Positions 20,452-30,843 of a DNA stretch of 64,000 nucleotides are shown piece by piece. The notes under the pieces were generated by a model that saw only the letters and a program-made list of their open reading frames with translations, made no database searches and had not been told where the DNA came from. The stretch covers positions 7,451,526 through 7,515,525 of the forward strand of contig OY970194.1 of assembly GCA_963708075.1 (NCBI GenBank), given 5' to 3'. Each line of letters opens with the position of its first letter. Positions within the stretch are counted from its first letter, which is position 1. The translations under genes and the position numbers were made by a program. Source of the DNA: Sedimentisphaerales bacterium (GTDB lineage: Bacteria > Planctomycetota > Phycisphaerae > Sedimentisphaerales > Anaerobacaceae).

Positions 20452-21816
20452 ATGGACGAGCAGATCTATAATTTGAGCACGCTGGTGGCGGGCGATTTCT
20501 CGCTCCAGGAGGTGCTGGGCAAGCTGGCCGAGGCCGCCGTCAAGATTGTCGGCGCTCGGGCGTGCTCTCTTCGCCTGCTCAACGAAGAGACGGACGACCT
20601 GAAGATGCAGAGCACCTACGGGCTGAGCGAGGCCTACCGCAACAAGGGGGTCGTGACCAAGGACGACCCGGTGATTATGGCGGCGTTCGCTGGCCAGGCC
20701 GTCCTCATCGACGATATGCGGGTCGATGACCGCATCCGCTTCAAGGAGGCCACGAACCGGGAGGGCCTGGTCAGCCAGTTGACGGTGGCCATGCAGTTCA
20801 GGGGCAAGGCGATTGGCGTGTTGCGGCTGTACAGTCCCAAGCCGCAGGCCTTCACCGAAAGCGATGTCACCGTCGCCCGGGCCGTCGCCTCCCAGTGTGC
20901 TGTCGCGATTACCAACGCCAAACTTTACGCTGAGGCCATCCAGGCCCAGCGTATCGCCGAGCAGATGCGCCTGGCCGGGCTCATCCAGCGGCGGATGATC
21001 CCCGAGAAGCCCCCGCGAATCCAGGGGCTCGATATCGCCGCCACCTACATTCCCTGCTTCGACGTCGGCGGCGATTTCTACGATTTTCTGCCTATCAATG
21101 AGCATCGGCTGGTGATCACGATTGCCGACGTGATCGGCAAGGGTATGCCCGCGGCGATCATGATGAGCTGGTTCCGCGGGGCGGTCCAGGCGTACACGGA
21201 GAGCTTTCGCGAGGTCCTGCGCGATGCCGGCGCGGCGGGCGGCGACTCCAACAGCGGCCAGAAGACCGCGATCCGCACGAAGAACGCCGTCGAGAACTTC
21301 AACAAGATGGCCTGCCTCGAATGCAAGGACGGCGAGTTCATCACCCTCTTCTATGCGACGGTCGACGCGGCCGAGAAGACGATCACCTACTGCAACTGCG
21401 GGCACGAGCCGACCGTGCTCGTTCGCGGCGGGCAGACGTACGACCTGGCGAAAGGCGGCCTGGTGCTCGGCGTGGACCCGCACGCCCATTACGAGATCGA
21501 GACGGTCGAGCTCCGGGATGGCGATTGCCTGCTGTTCTACACGGACGGCCTGGTCGACGCGATGGATTTCAACAACGAGCTGTGGGGCCGGGACAGGATG
21601 TTGGAAGCGGCCAAGCGATTCATCGATTGTTCCGCCGATCACGTCGTGCGAAACGTCCTGGCGTTCCGCCGGCGCTTCTCCGGACTGGCTCGACAGGTCG
21701 ACGACACGAGTCTGATCACGCTGAAGGTTGGAGAGCCTCGCAGGGACCAAAGCTCCTGCGAGTGCGGACTTGGCGAGCCTCGCAAGCCATCCGCGAAAGT
21801 GGCAGAAAGCCGATGA
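20452..21816 (+). CDS. GAF + PP2C/SpoIIE (RsbU-like) phosphatase
   Basis: 'VGGDFYD', 'IADVIGKG', 'NCGHEP', 'FYTDGL' and 'DDTSL'; N-terminal GAF domain. Confidence 0.92.
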   Translation: MDEQIYNLSTLVAGDFSLQEVLGKLAEAAVKIVGARACSLRLLNEETDDLKMQSTYGLSEAYRNKGVVTKDDPVIMAAFAGQAVLIDDMRVDDRIRFKEATNREGLVSQLTVAMQFRGKAIGVLRLYSPKPQAFTESDVTVARAVASQCAVAITNAKLYAEAIQAQRIAEQMRLAGLIQRRMIPEKPPRIQGLDIAATYIPCFDVGGDFYDFLPINEHRLVITIADVIGKGMPAAIMMSWFRGAVQAYTESFREVLRDAGAAGGDSNSGQKTAIRTKNAVENFNKMACLECKDGEFITLFYATVDAAEKTITYCNCGHEPTVLVRGGQTYDLAKGGLVLGVDPHAHYEIETVELRDGDCLLFYTDGLVDAMDFNNELWGRDRMLEAAKRFIDCSADHVVRNVLAFRRRFSGLARQVDDTSLITLKVGEPRRDQSSCECGLGEPRKPSAKVAESR

Positions 21817-21892
21817 GTCTCCGTCCGGGTGGCAGCGGCAAGCGCAGCTTGCCGATGGTTCGCCCGTGAGTTTCGCATGGATAGTCGTGGCT

Positions 21893-21971
21893 GGGTGCCA
21901 TGCTTACGCTTTGCGTAAGCATGCCTTGCCCATCGAAAGGACATGTCTACGCGAGCGTAGACATGGCACCC
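21893..21971. repeat. Palindromic REP/MITE-like family B (GGGTGCCATG...CATGGCACCC)
   Basis: Double-hairpin element. Copies at 35574..35652, 43911..43989 and 62585..62662. Confidence 0.85.
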
Positions 21972-22032
21972 GACTTGAGAGTGCCGGCCGATGTCTCGAT
22001 GAGGAGTCTTTAGAGGAACGGACACGTTGGTA

Positions 22033-22716
22033 ATGACGCGACTTGTGGTCACAATCGATGGTCCTGCGGGCAGCGGCAAGAGCACGATGGCCCGGCTGCT
22101 GGCCAGTGCGCTCGATGCCATTTTTCTCGACACCGGGGCCATGTATCGGGCCGTCACTCTGGCGGCCGTGCAGGATGGCGTCGATCTGAGTGACCAGCGT
22201 CAACTGATCGAGGTCATCGCCCGGCACCGCTTCGAGTTCGAAGCGTCCAAAGGCAAGATGCTCGTGCGGATCGACGGCCAGGATGTCACGGACGCAATCC
22301 GGGACAATGAGCTCACGGCCAAGGTGCGCTACGCCGCCGCGGCGCCTCTCGTGCGCGGCAAACTGGTGGAGATGCAGCGGGCCTTTGCCGCCAGGTATAG
22401 CAGGATAGTAACGGAAGGACGCGACCAGGGCACAGTGGCTTTCCCCGACGCGGCGGTCAAGATCTACCTGACGGCGGACGTGGCTGAACGCGCCCGACGG
22501 CGAATGGAGGAACTCAAGGCAAGAGGCATGGATACGGACACCGGGCAGATCCGGCGGGAGATCGAGAGCCGGGACCAGAGCGACGAGAATCGCGCCGTTG
22601 GACCGCTGAAGCCGGCGGCCGATGCGATCACCGTAGATACCACGGGCCTGAGTATCGAGCAGGCCGTCGAGCGGTTGTACCAGGTTGTGGAGGAACGATG
22701 CCCACGGAGATGCTGA
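22033..22716 (+). CDS. cmk: Cytidylate kinase
   Basis: 'IDGPAGSGKST', 'LDTGAMYRA' and 'EGRDQGT'. Confidence 0.96.
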   Translation: MTRLVVTIDGPAGSGKSTMARLLASALDAIFLDTGAMYRAVTLAAVQDGVDLSDQRQLIEVIARHRFEFEASKGKMLVRIDGQDVTDAIRDNELTAKVRYAAAAPLVRGKLVEMQRAFAARYSRIVTEGRDQGTVAFPDAAVKIYLTADVAERARRRMEELKARGMDTDTGQIRREIESRDQSDENRAVGPLKPAADAITVDTTGLSIEQAVERLYQVVEERCPRRC

Positions 22717-23357
22717 AGGCGGGTTGGTACTGGCTCGCCAGGCTGAGCTGCCGGATATTCTGCGCGGTCGTTTTTCGCTACCGGTCCTACGGCCGCGAGA
22801 ACGTCCCGGCAACCGGTCCGGTCATCCTCGCCAGCAATCATCAGAGCTTTCTGGACCCGGTCTTCTGCGGCGTGGCCATGAAACGTCACCTGGTCTACGT
22901 CGCCCGCGACACCCTGTTCCGCTGGAGGCTCTTCGGCTTCCTGATCCACTCGGTCAACGCGATCCCTGTCTCGCGTGACAAGGCGGATATCGCCGCGATG
23001 CGAGCCATCATCGCCAGGCTCCAGGGAGGGGCCGCCGTGTGCTTGTACCCCGAAGGCACGCGGACGCACGATGGCCGGATCGTCCCGGTCAAAGCGGGCT
23101 TCGGCCTGCTCTGTCGCCGGGCCAAAGCGGTCGTTGTCCCCGTCCTCATCGACGGCGGCTTCGAAACCTGGCCCCGGCACAAGCGATTGTTCGAGCCCGG
23201 CGCCATCAACGTTCATTTCGGCGAGCCCCTGAGCCCCACCCAGATCGGCACGATGACCAACGAGGAATTAGCCGATACTCTCACCCACACCCTGCGTCAA
23301 ATGCAGCACGCCGCCCGCCTCAAGCAAGGCCGCAAGCCCTACGCCTACGAGGACTGA
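22698..23357 (+). CDS. plsC: 1-acyl-sn-glycerol-3-phosphate acyltransferase
   Basis: 'NHQSFLD' and 'YPEGTRT'. Confidence 0.92.
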   Translation: MPTEMLKAGWYWLARLSCRIFCAVVFRYRSYGRENVPATGPVILASNHQSFLDPVFCGVAMKRHLVYVARDTLFRWRLFGFLIHSVNAIPVSRDKADIAAMRAIIARLQGGAAVCLYPEGTRTHDGRIVPVKAGFGLLCRRAKAVVVPVLIDGGFETWPRHKRLFEPGAINVHFGEPLSPTQIGTMTNEELADTLTHTLRQMQHAARLKQGRKPYAYED

Positions 23358-23427
23358 TTCCGACACGGATTCAGCGATAGCATGCAGGATGGGCAGGTTT
23401 CCTGTCCACGCGGTCGGCAATTGGCGG

Positions 23428-25695
23428 TCAATGGTCCCCGGGCTTGTAGATGATGCGTCTGATCTGGTCGTACTTAGGCCTCCCAGTGGTCGAGACGGAC
23501 CGGTTGACTCCAAGGAAGAATGTTGTGGTCCGGCTCAGTTGTCCGTCCTCGCTTACCACGAACATGTCCACGCCCAGCCTGGGATTCAGTATATCAGCCG
23601 AGCCCGTCGAGACGAAAACCTCGTGCCTGTCTGAAGCCGCCACATTGTCCGCAAGCGGTATATCCACATGCGAGACGACCGTCCACGTCTTCATATCGAT
23701 CACCGACAGACTACCGTCGGTTGATGCTGCGTTCCCCGCGCTGCCGACGACCACCCATTTGTCCACGAACGCGACTTCTCCGGCGAAGTCATTCAGATAC
23801 ACAAACCCGCCGTCCACCGAGGCGAAAGTCGCAGCGTCATATACTCTCAACGCGCCACTGGCGGCATACGTAGAGACGAGGATCAGACGACCGTCAGGAC
23901 TCAAGGCAATATCGCTCAAGAAGTGGCCCCAGATGCCCGTATTCCTGACAGTGGGGGTCACCGTATTGACTTCGACGATTTGGTCCTGACAGAGGATGTG
24001 CCGTCCATCGGCAGAGATCGCTGGGCCGCCTGCTGTGGCGGCTCCCTCATACTGCCAGATACCCGTGAGAATCGTGGCCGGGAGCTTTGTTGGAAGCGAG
24101 TTCGATTCCACCTCAATAGCCTCGTCTTGGGCGTAGAGACGCTGACCATCCGGCGAAACCACGAAACCGTTGCATGGGATCGGGTGGCTGAAGTGCAAGG
24201 TGCGCAGGGGGAGATGGTTGCCCGTACTGACGACCGTGTTGTCATCCATGTAGACTTCGGACCCATTCGGTGAGATGCCGCGGACACGTTGTCCCGGCAG
24301 AATCCCCAAGACGACCCCACCATCGATATCGATGACAATGGTGCCCTCAAGAACGGGGATCGCGCCGTCAACGGTAGTGACATCCACGTACAAGAGGCGT
24401 CGTCCTGCGGTGGGATAGCTCGGGTCATAATGGACGACCTTCTGCCCTTGGCGCAGGATTTCGCCGGTGTCGGCGGATTGGATCAGCACCTCTATCGCAT
24501 TGTTCCCTTCATGGAGTGGGATGACGACTGCGAAGTGGCCGGCGTCATCAATACTCGCAGCCCACAGCCTGCTCCCGTTCACGATGACTTTCGTCTTTGG
24601 CCCTGCGAAGCCCGCGGCCAGGAAGTTGACGAGGTTAGTGGTCAGTGAGTCCGGCGGGCCAAAGAAGTCGATGATTGGCTCGGATGGCGGACAGGGGCTC
24701 CGCCAATCCTCCGTCGTCACACCGTTGAAGACGGACTCCATGCCCGGTTTCAACGCCCCCGCGGAGGTCCACAGGCCCCAACAGGCTCCCTGTGGGCCCT
24801 CACCGGCCGCCTTCCAGGACTCATCGTAGGCCGAGAAGTAGAAGTACTCCACAGCATTAGCCCTCGCCCAGGAAACGAAGGTCAGAAAATACTCAGCGGC
24901 GTTCTCCGGCGAAGGGATCGCGTCGCCTTGGGGATCCCCGCAACTCGGCCAGCCGGTTTCCGAGACTATCACCTGCTTTCCGTTTGCCACTGTCTTGAGT
25001 TGTTCGTGCCATTGATGAAGGTAAGCGAGGGCGCATCGAAGGCTCTTCTTCTCCCAGTAGGGATAGTAGTTCGCAAACACCACGTCCACTTCGGCCACTA
25101 CATCAGGATGAGAAAGGAACTCGCCGTACACATCTCCTGTGGTGACAGGAATGGTCCGACCGGCTGCTCGGAGTCGACCCTTTACGTCCTGAATGTATGT
25201 GATCAGTTGCTCAGGTGTAACATCGTTGCGCAAGAGGGCTTCGCTACCCACGATGGCCATATCCACGCACCCTTGTTCGGCCAACTGAACCAGGGCGTCG
25301 ATCTGCTTTCGGTTCTCTGTCTCGTCGCGTCCAAGCCAGGCTCCAATCGCCGTCTTCAATCCAAGGCCCTTCGCCATGGCTCCAACAGGTCGAAGATCAT
25401 CCGTGCAGCCGAAGGTTCTGATCCACTCGGTATAGGGCGAGATGACTTCGAGGCGGTTTCTCATTTCTTCCAGAGTGATTTGGCCCGGTCTGTTCAGATT
25501 GGGGTTTTCTCCGGGCTGCGCATAGGGACTGAAATTCAGGCCGTGGAGCCGATACGGATCGTCGCTCTGCACGCTAACGCCCGTGCGCGTCTCAAGTTGT
25601 TCCCCCACAATGCCGGCAACTGTTGTCATACAATTCGCGCCGAGTAGAGTGACAACTATCGCCACAGACTGCCGTAGTAGAAGTGCGTGTCTCAT
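23428..25695 (-). CDS. Secreted GH17 beta-1,3-glucanase-like protein with Ig-like and beta-propeller domains
   Basis: Signal-like N-terminus after a GGAGG RBS; 'IVGSEAL', 'NYYPYWE', 'VSETGWPS', 'DESWK'; propeller repeats 'ISPNG/VSPDG/LSPDG'. Confidence 0.82.
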   Translation of the reverse strand: MRHALLLRQSVAIVVTLLGANCMTTVAGIVGEQLETRTGVSVQSDDPYRLHGLNFSPYAQPGENPNLNRPGQITLEEMRNRLEVISPYTEWIRTFGCTDDLRPVGAMAKGLGLKTAIGAWLGRDETENRKQIDALVQLAEQGCVDMAIVGSEALLRNDVTPEQLITYIQDVKGRLRAAGRTIPVTTGDVYGEFLSHPDVVAEVDVVFANYYPYWEKKSLRCALAYLHQWHEQLKTVANGKQVIVSETGWPSCGDPQGDAIPSPENAAEYFLTFVSWARANAVEYFYFSAYDESWKAAGEGPQGACWGLWTSAGALKPGMESVFNGVTTEDWRSPCPPSEPIIDFFGPPDSLTTNLVNFLAAGFAGPKTKVIVNGSRLWAASIDDAGHFAVVIPLHEGNNAIEVLIQSADTGEILRQGQKVVHYDPSYPTAGRRLLYVDVTTVDGAIPVLEGTIVIDIDGGVVLGILPGQRVRGISPNGSEVYMDDNTVVSTGNHLPLRTLHFSHPIPCNGFVVSPDGQRLYAQDEAIEVESNSLPTKLPATILTGIWQYEGAATAGGPAISADGRHILCQDQIVEVNTVTPTVRNTGIWGHFLSDIALSPDGRLILVSTYAASGALRVYDAATFASVDGGFVYLNDFAGEVAFVDKWVVVGSAGNAASTDGSLSVIDMKTWTVVSHVDIPLADNVAASDRHEVFVSTGSADILNPRLGVDMFVVSEDGQLSRTTTFFLGVNRSVSTTGRPKYDQIRRIIYKPGDH

Positions 25696-25886
25696 GATCT
25701 GGTCCTCCTGAAGACCATTCCGTTCGTTTGGTTTCGGCCACAACCAAGCTTCTGAGAAGCCTTCAACCACAGGTGCAGATCAAAGATGCAATGCCCAGTA
25801 TACCACCCTGTGGAATACTGGCAAGGAGAATGCGTGCGAGGCAGGCAAGATGTAGAATGTATGCGTCCCTGTCCGGCGTCATGCTG

Positions 25887-26865
25887 TCACGGCTGTTGCC
25901 TGGATGGCTGGGGAGCAATCTCGATTTCGTAGAGCTTGGGCCAGCATTTGCCGGTAATCAGAAGGTGGTTGGATTTGGGGAGCCAGGCGATGCCGTTGAG
26001 GACGAATTCGGTGGAAGGGCGGTCGGAGAGAGGCCAGAGGTGGGTCAGGTCGAGGCGGCCTGTCACCCGGCCGGTTCTCGGGGTCGATGACGACGATGGA
26101 ATCGCTGGACCAGATGTTGGCGAAGATTTGTGGCCCAGCCGCCCTCGGCTGGGAATTCGAATCGACCACCCCCGGGGGCGGGGGTGCTACATACTCCAAT
26201 TCATTGAGCAGGGAGACGTCATGATCGTCTTCACGGACGGTGACCCGGCGGGTTTCGGCGAGTGTGTTCGGGTCGAGGAATCGCAGCGTGGCGGTGCCAT
26301 CGCTCATGATGAGCTGCTTGCCGTCGTGCGTGAGGCCCCAGCCCTCGCCGGGGTAGCTGAATTCCTTCAGCAGTCGGAACGTGCTCTTGTCGTAAACGAA
26401 CCCGGTCTGTGACTGCCAGGTCAGTTGGATGATCTTGTCGCGAAAGACCGTGATGCCCTCGCCGAAGTACTTGCGGCCGAGCCGCTCGCGCTTGAGGACG
26501 TTGCCGCTTTCCAGGTCCCGCTTGACCAGGATGGACTGGCCGTAGAGGCCCGTGCCCTCGTAGAGGACGCCGTCCTCGTACACGAGACCCTGCGTGAACG
26601 CCTGCGGGTCGTGAGGGTAAGTCCGGACCACCTTGTAGCGGTAGTGGGCGACGGTTGCTGGCTGTTGGTTACTGGTTGCTGGCGGCTGGCCGGCGGTTGT
26701 GGGCGGTTGGTTGCTGTCTTGGGAAGCCTTGGAGGGACATCCGCCGGCACAGAGGAGCCACAGCCCGGCGAGGCAGGCGGAGAGGGCACGCGTGGTTGCA
26801 CGGGGACTCTTGGGCCTCGTGGGCCCGTACGCACGCAATCGGCCTTTGTCATCGAATCCTGACAT
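25887..26865 (-). CDS. Glutaminyl-peptide cyclotransferase (plant/bacterial type), apparent frameshift at ~26075
   Basis: '[12 protein letters not shown]', 'FGEGIT', 'EGWGLT', 'NELE'. Removing one A restores [11 protein letters not shown]...VLNGIAW...ITGKCWP, ending at TGA 25887-25889. Confidence 0.9.
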
Positions 26866-27144
26866 GGTTTGTTTCAGCTCAAATAATGCCTGCATAAGCC
26901 AGCAATCTATTCGGCCATCATACTGCCCTGTCGTGAGGGAAATCAAGAACTGAGGGAGGGGAGGAAAGTGAGAAGGCAGGAGGGGAGGAACAGGCTTCCG
27001 ACCTTCTTACCTTCCTCTCTTCCTACCTTCTCGTCTACGGTCATGCGCCGAGCTCTCGCGATCCGAACATTGCACTTGACGGGGCCGGGGGGACGGGATA
27101 ATTTGGCCTCCTGACATAGGACTATCGGAAACAGGAGGTGTGAT

Positions 27145-27813
27145 ATGTGCAGGATGAACGTGTGGTCGATTGGTCTTTTGTTGTCACTTACGCTTGGGGT
27201 TGGCTCCTGTTCACGGGTCTGGGTGCAGTCCGGGGACGCGAGCCTTCTGTCTACCGGCCTTGTCGGCTGGCAGCAGGTCGAGGGCGAGCGGGGCAGTTGG
27301 AAGCTGGAGAACGGCGTGTTATTCACGGAGGGCGGCGATGGCTGGCTGTCCACGGTGCGCCAGTACGACGACTTCGTTCTGTCCCTGGAGTTTCGCCTTC
27401 CGCCGGCAGGCAACAGCGGCATCTTTATTCGGGCGCCGCACGAGGGCGACCCGGCGTACCAGGGGCTGGAAATTCAGATTCTCGACGATTCGGCGGAGCA
27501 ATGGAGCGGCTTGCGGCCGGACCAGTATACAGGGAGCATCTACGGAATTCAGGCCCCCTCCGAGCGGGCCGGGGGCAAGGCCGGCCAGTGGCAAAAGATG
27601 GTCATCGGGTGCAGCGGCTCGCGAGTGAAGGTGGTCGTCAACGGCAGGACGGTAGTCGATACGGACATGAGTTTCTATCCGTACAAGTTCGAGACGCATC
27701 CCGGCCTGACGCGGCGCAGCGGGTATATCGGCCTGCAGAGCCACGGCACCAAGATCGAGTTTCGCAATATCCGGCTGCGGCCGTTGCCGCGGGAGATGCC
27801 AAGGGAGCTATAG
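27145..27813 (+). CDS. DUF1080 (3-keto-disaccharide hydrolase) family protein
   Basis: 'LEFRL...GNSGIFIR', 'EIQILDD' and 'GYIGLQSHG..IEFRNIR'. Confidence 0.9.
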   Translation: MCRMNVWSIGLLLSLTLGVGSCSRVWVQSGDASLLSTGLVGWQQVEGERGSWKLENGVLFTEGGDGWLSTVRQYDDFVLSLEFRLPPAGNSGIFIRAPHEGDPAYQGLEIQILDDSAEQWSGLRPDQYTGSIYGIQAPSERAGGKAGQWQKMVIGCSGSRVKVVVNGRTVVDTDMSFYPYKFETHPGLTRRSGYIGLQSHGTKIEFRNIRLRPLPREMPREL

Positions 27814-27918
27814 GCATCATGGGACCAATAGGACCTATGATGCGATATCGTGGTTTACGGGCGGCATTCGTAAATCGTAAATGGTAAATCGCAAATCGTA
27901 AATCATGCGGGAGCAACT

Positions 27919-29178
27919 ATGAGCAACAGCAGATTCTCACGTCGTGACTTCATCAAGACTTCGGCGGTGTCGCTGGCGGCGCTCGGCGCGACGGGCCGGG
28001 TGTTTGCGGCCGGGTCCGATACGGTTCGCGTCGGCATCATTGGCTGCGGCGGTCAGGGCACCCGCGACCTGGTCAGCCTCGTGAAAAGCTCGCCGGGCGT
28101 GGAGATTGTGGCCATGGGCGACCTGTTCAAGGACCGGCTCCAAGAGTCGCTCACCAAGCTCAAGAACGATATCCCCGCCGCCGTGAAGGTCACGCCGGAG
28201 AAATGCTTCATCGGCTTTGATGCGCACAAGAAGCTGCTGCAGACGGATGTGCAGATGGTGCTCCTGACGACCCCGCCGCACTGGCGTGCCCAGCATTTCC
28301 AGGCCGCCGTCGAGGCGGGCAAGCACGTGTTCATGGAGAAGCCCGCCGGTGTGGACCCCAAGGCCATTCGCTCGATGATCGAGACTGGGGAACTTGCCAG
28401 GCAGAAGAAGCTCTCCGTCGTGGCCGGCACGCAGCGGCGGCATAGCAAAAAGTACCAGGAGATCATCCGGCGGATTCACGACGGCCAAATCGGCCAGATC
28501 GTCTCCGGCCAGGGCTACTGGAACGGCGGCGATATGCTCGGATACTGGAAATGGTGGGACAAGGAGAAGCTCTCCGATATGGAGTGGCAGTGCCGGAGCT
28601 GGCCGTGGTTCACCTGGACCAGCGGCGACCACATCGTCGAGCAGCATGTGCACAACCTTGACGTCCTGAACTGGGCCTTGCAGGGACATCCCGACCAGTG
28701 CATGGGCATGGGCGGCCGGGCCGTCCGCACCCTGGGCAATATCTGGGACCATTTTGCCATCGAGTACGAGTACGCCAATGGCGTGCGGGTCGAGAGCCTG
28801 TGCCGCCAGATCAACGGGTGCACCGACCGGATCGCCGAGCGAGTGGTGGGGACCAAGGGCTTCGCCGACATCGACCAGGGCGTCATCAACGGCGAGAAGC
28901 CTTACAAGTATGACGGCCCCGATCCGGATCACTACGTGCAGGAGATGGCCGACCTGATCAAGAGCATTCGCGACGGCGCGCCGATCAATGAGGCGAAGAA
29001 CGTGGCCGAGAGCACGATGAACGCGATCATGGGCCGCATGAGCGCCTACACCGGCCGGGCCTTGAAATGGGACTGGGCGATGAAGGCCTCGAAGCTGGAC
29101 CTGACGCCGCCCAAGTACGAGTTCGTCGATATGCCGACGGACCCTGTGGCCATCCCCGGTAAGACGCAACTCATCTGA
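27919..29178 (+). CDS. Tat-exported Gfo/Idh/MocA oxidoreductase
   Basis: SRRDFIK Tat motif; 'GIIGCGGQG', 'HVFMEKP' and 'EQHVHNLD'. Confidence 0.93.
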   Translation: MSNSRFSRRDFIKTSAVSLAALGATGRVFAAGSDTVRVGIIGCGGQGTRDLVSLVKSSPGVEIVAMGDLFKDRLQESLTKLKNDIPAAVKVTPEKCFIGFDAHKKLLQTDVQMVLLTTPPHWRAQHFQAAVEAGKHVFMEKPAGVDPKAIRSMIETGELARQKKLSVVAGTQRRHSKKYQEIIRRIHDGQIGQIVSGQGYWNGGDMLGYWKWWDKEKLSDMEWQCRSWPWFTWTSGDHIVEQHVHNLDVLNWALQGHPDQCMGMGGRAVRTLGNIWDHFAIEYEYANGVRVESLCRQINGCTDRIAERVVGTKGFADIDQGVINGEKPYKYDGPDPDHYVQEMADLIKSIRDGAPINEAKNVAESTMNAIMGRMSAYTGRALKWDWAMKASKLDLTPPKYEFVDMPTDPVAIPGKTQLI

Positions 29179-29347
29179 GATGAAGAATGATGGATGATTG
29201 ATTATGGCTGGGTGGCAGCGGCAAGCGCAGCTTGCCGATGGCTCGCGGGAGACGTGTCACCACCATCGGCAAGCTCCGAAGACTCCGCTTGCCGCTGCCA
29301 CCCGACGAAGTGATAGTATTCATTAACCTCCCGATTGAGGTGCTGCG

Positions 29348-30637
29348 ATGAACGATCAGAACAGGCATGCGGGGCTTTCAAGGCGGGAGTTTGTGGCGGG
29401 GGCGGCCGCGGTAACGGCGGCGTCGGTCCTGGGCTCGCGGGCGCACGCGGCGGGCAGCGACAAGATTCGCGTGGGATTGATCGGCTGCGGCGGACGCGGG
29501 ACGTTCGACGCGGGTAATTGCCTCAAGGCGGCCGAGGGGGTCGAGCTCGTCGCGATGGGCGACATGTTCAAGGATCGTCTGGACAACTGTCGTCAAAGGC
29601 TCACGAAGGACCTGCCGGACAAGGTGAAAGTCACCGACGATATGTGTTTCGTTGGATGGGACGCCCACCAGAAAGTGCTGGCGACCGATGTGAACCTTGT
29701 GATCCTGACGCAGCCGCCGCACTTCCGGCCGTCGCACCTGAAAGCCGCGGTCGAGGCGGGCAAGCATGTGTTCATGGAAAAGCCCGTGGCCGTGGACCCG
29801 GTCGGCGTTCGCTCCGTGATCCAGTCGTCGGAGCTGGCTGAGCGGAAGGGCCTGACGATCCTGGCCGGCACGCAGATGCGGAGGATCTCGCACCTCGTGG
29901 AGACGGCTATGAGGATTCACGGTGGCGCGATCGGCGAGATTCTTGGCGGCCAGTGCGTCCGGCTTGGCGACGCCATGCGAAGCTGGGGCCCGCAACAGCG
30001 TCAGGCCGGCTGGTCGGACATGGAATGGCAACTGCGCCGCTGGCTGTTTATGACCTGGCTCAGCGGTGACTTCATCGTCGAGATGCACGTGCACAACCTG
30101 GACGTGATGAATTGGCTGATCGGGGCCCACCCGGTGCAATGCATGGGCATGGGCGGCCGGCAGCAGCGAACCGAGCCCGAGTTCGGGGATTCGTTCGACC
30201 ACTTCGCGGTGGAGTACGAATATCCGAATGGCCTGCGCGTCGAGTACATGGGCACACAGATGGATAAGGTTGGCGAAGGTCGCTCCGATCAGCGGCTGGT
30301 CGGCACGAAGGGTTCGATGTATACGGATTCCGGGCGGGTCGTAATCCAAGGGCAGAATCCCTCTGAGATCGCCTGGGACAAGCAGGATCCATGCTTGAAA
30401 CAACACGCAGATCAAATTGACGCGATTCGTCGGGACAAGCGGTTAAACGAGGGCCGGCGGATCGCGGAAAGCACCCTGACCTCGATCATGGGTCGGATGA
30501 GCGCATATACGGGCCGGGCTTTGAAGTGGGACTGGGCTATGAACGCATCGAAACTGGACCTGACGCCTCCGTTGCACCAGTTCGGCGACCTGCCCATGCC
30601 CCCGGCGGCCATCCCCGGCAAGACGCAGTTGATTTGA
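29348..30637 (+). CDS. Tat-exported Gfo/Idh/MocA oxidoreductase (tandem paralogue)
   Basis: SRREFV Tat motif; 'GLIGCGGRG', 'HVFMEKP' and 'EMHVHNLD'. Confidence 0.93.
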   Translation: MNDQNRHAGLSRREFVAGAAAVTAASVLGSRAHAAGSDKIRVGLIGCGGRGTFDAGNCLKAAEGVELVAMGDMFKDRLDNCRQRLTKDLPDKVKVTDDMCFVGWDAHQKVLATDVNLVILTQPPHFRPSHLKAAVEAGKHVFMEKPVAVDPVGVRSVIQSSELAERKGLTILAGTQMRRISHLVETAMRIHGGAIGEILGGQCVRLGDAMRSWGPQQRQAGWSDMEWQLRRWLFMTWLSGDFIVEMHVHNLDVMNWLIGAHPVQCMGMGGRQQRTEPEFGDSFDHFAVEYEYPNGLRVEYMGTQMDKVGEGRSDQRLVGTKGSMYTDSGRVVIQGQNPSEIAWDKQDPCLKQHADQIDAIRRDKRLNEGRRIAESTLTSIMGRMSAYTGRALKWDWAMNASKLDLTPPLHQFGDLPMPPAAIPGKTQLI

Positions 30638-30843
30638 GATTGATGATGGGCGATTGTTGATTGATGATTGTTCGGGTGGCAGCGTCAAGGCCGCAGGCCT
30701 TGGCGATGGCTGCATCGCATCCCAAGAAGACCATCGCCAAGCTACGCTTGACGCTGCCACCCATCACCTTCACACATCAAGACAAGATGCGCATGAGCAT
30801 GGATGAGACACCCGGCTAAATCCATGCAAGAAAAGGGGGACCT

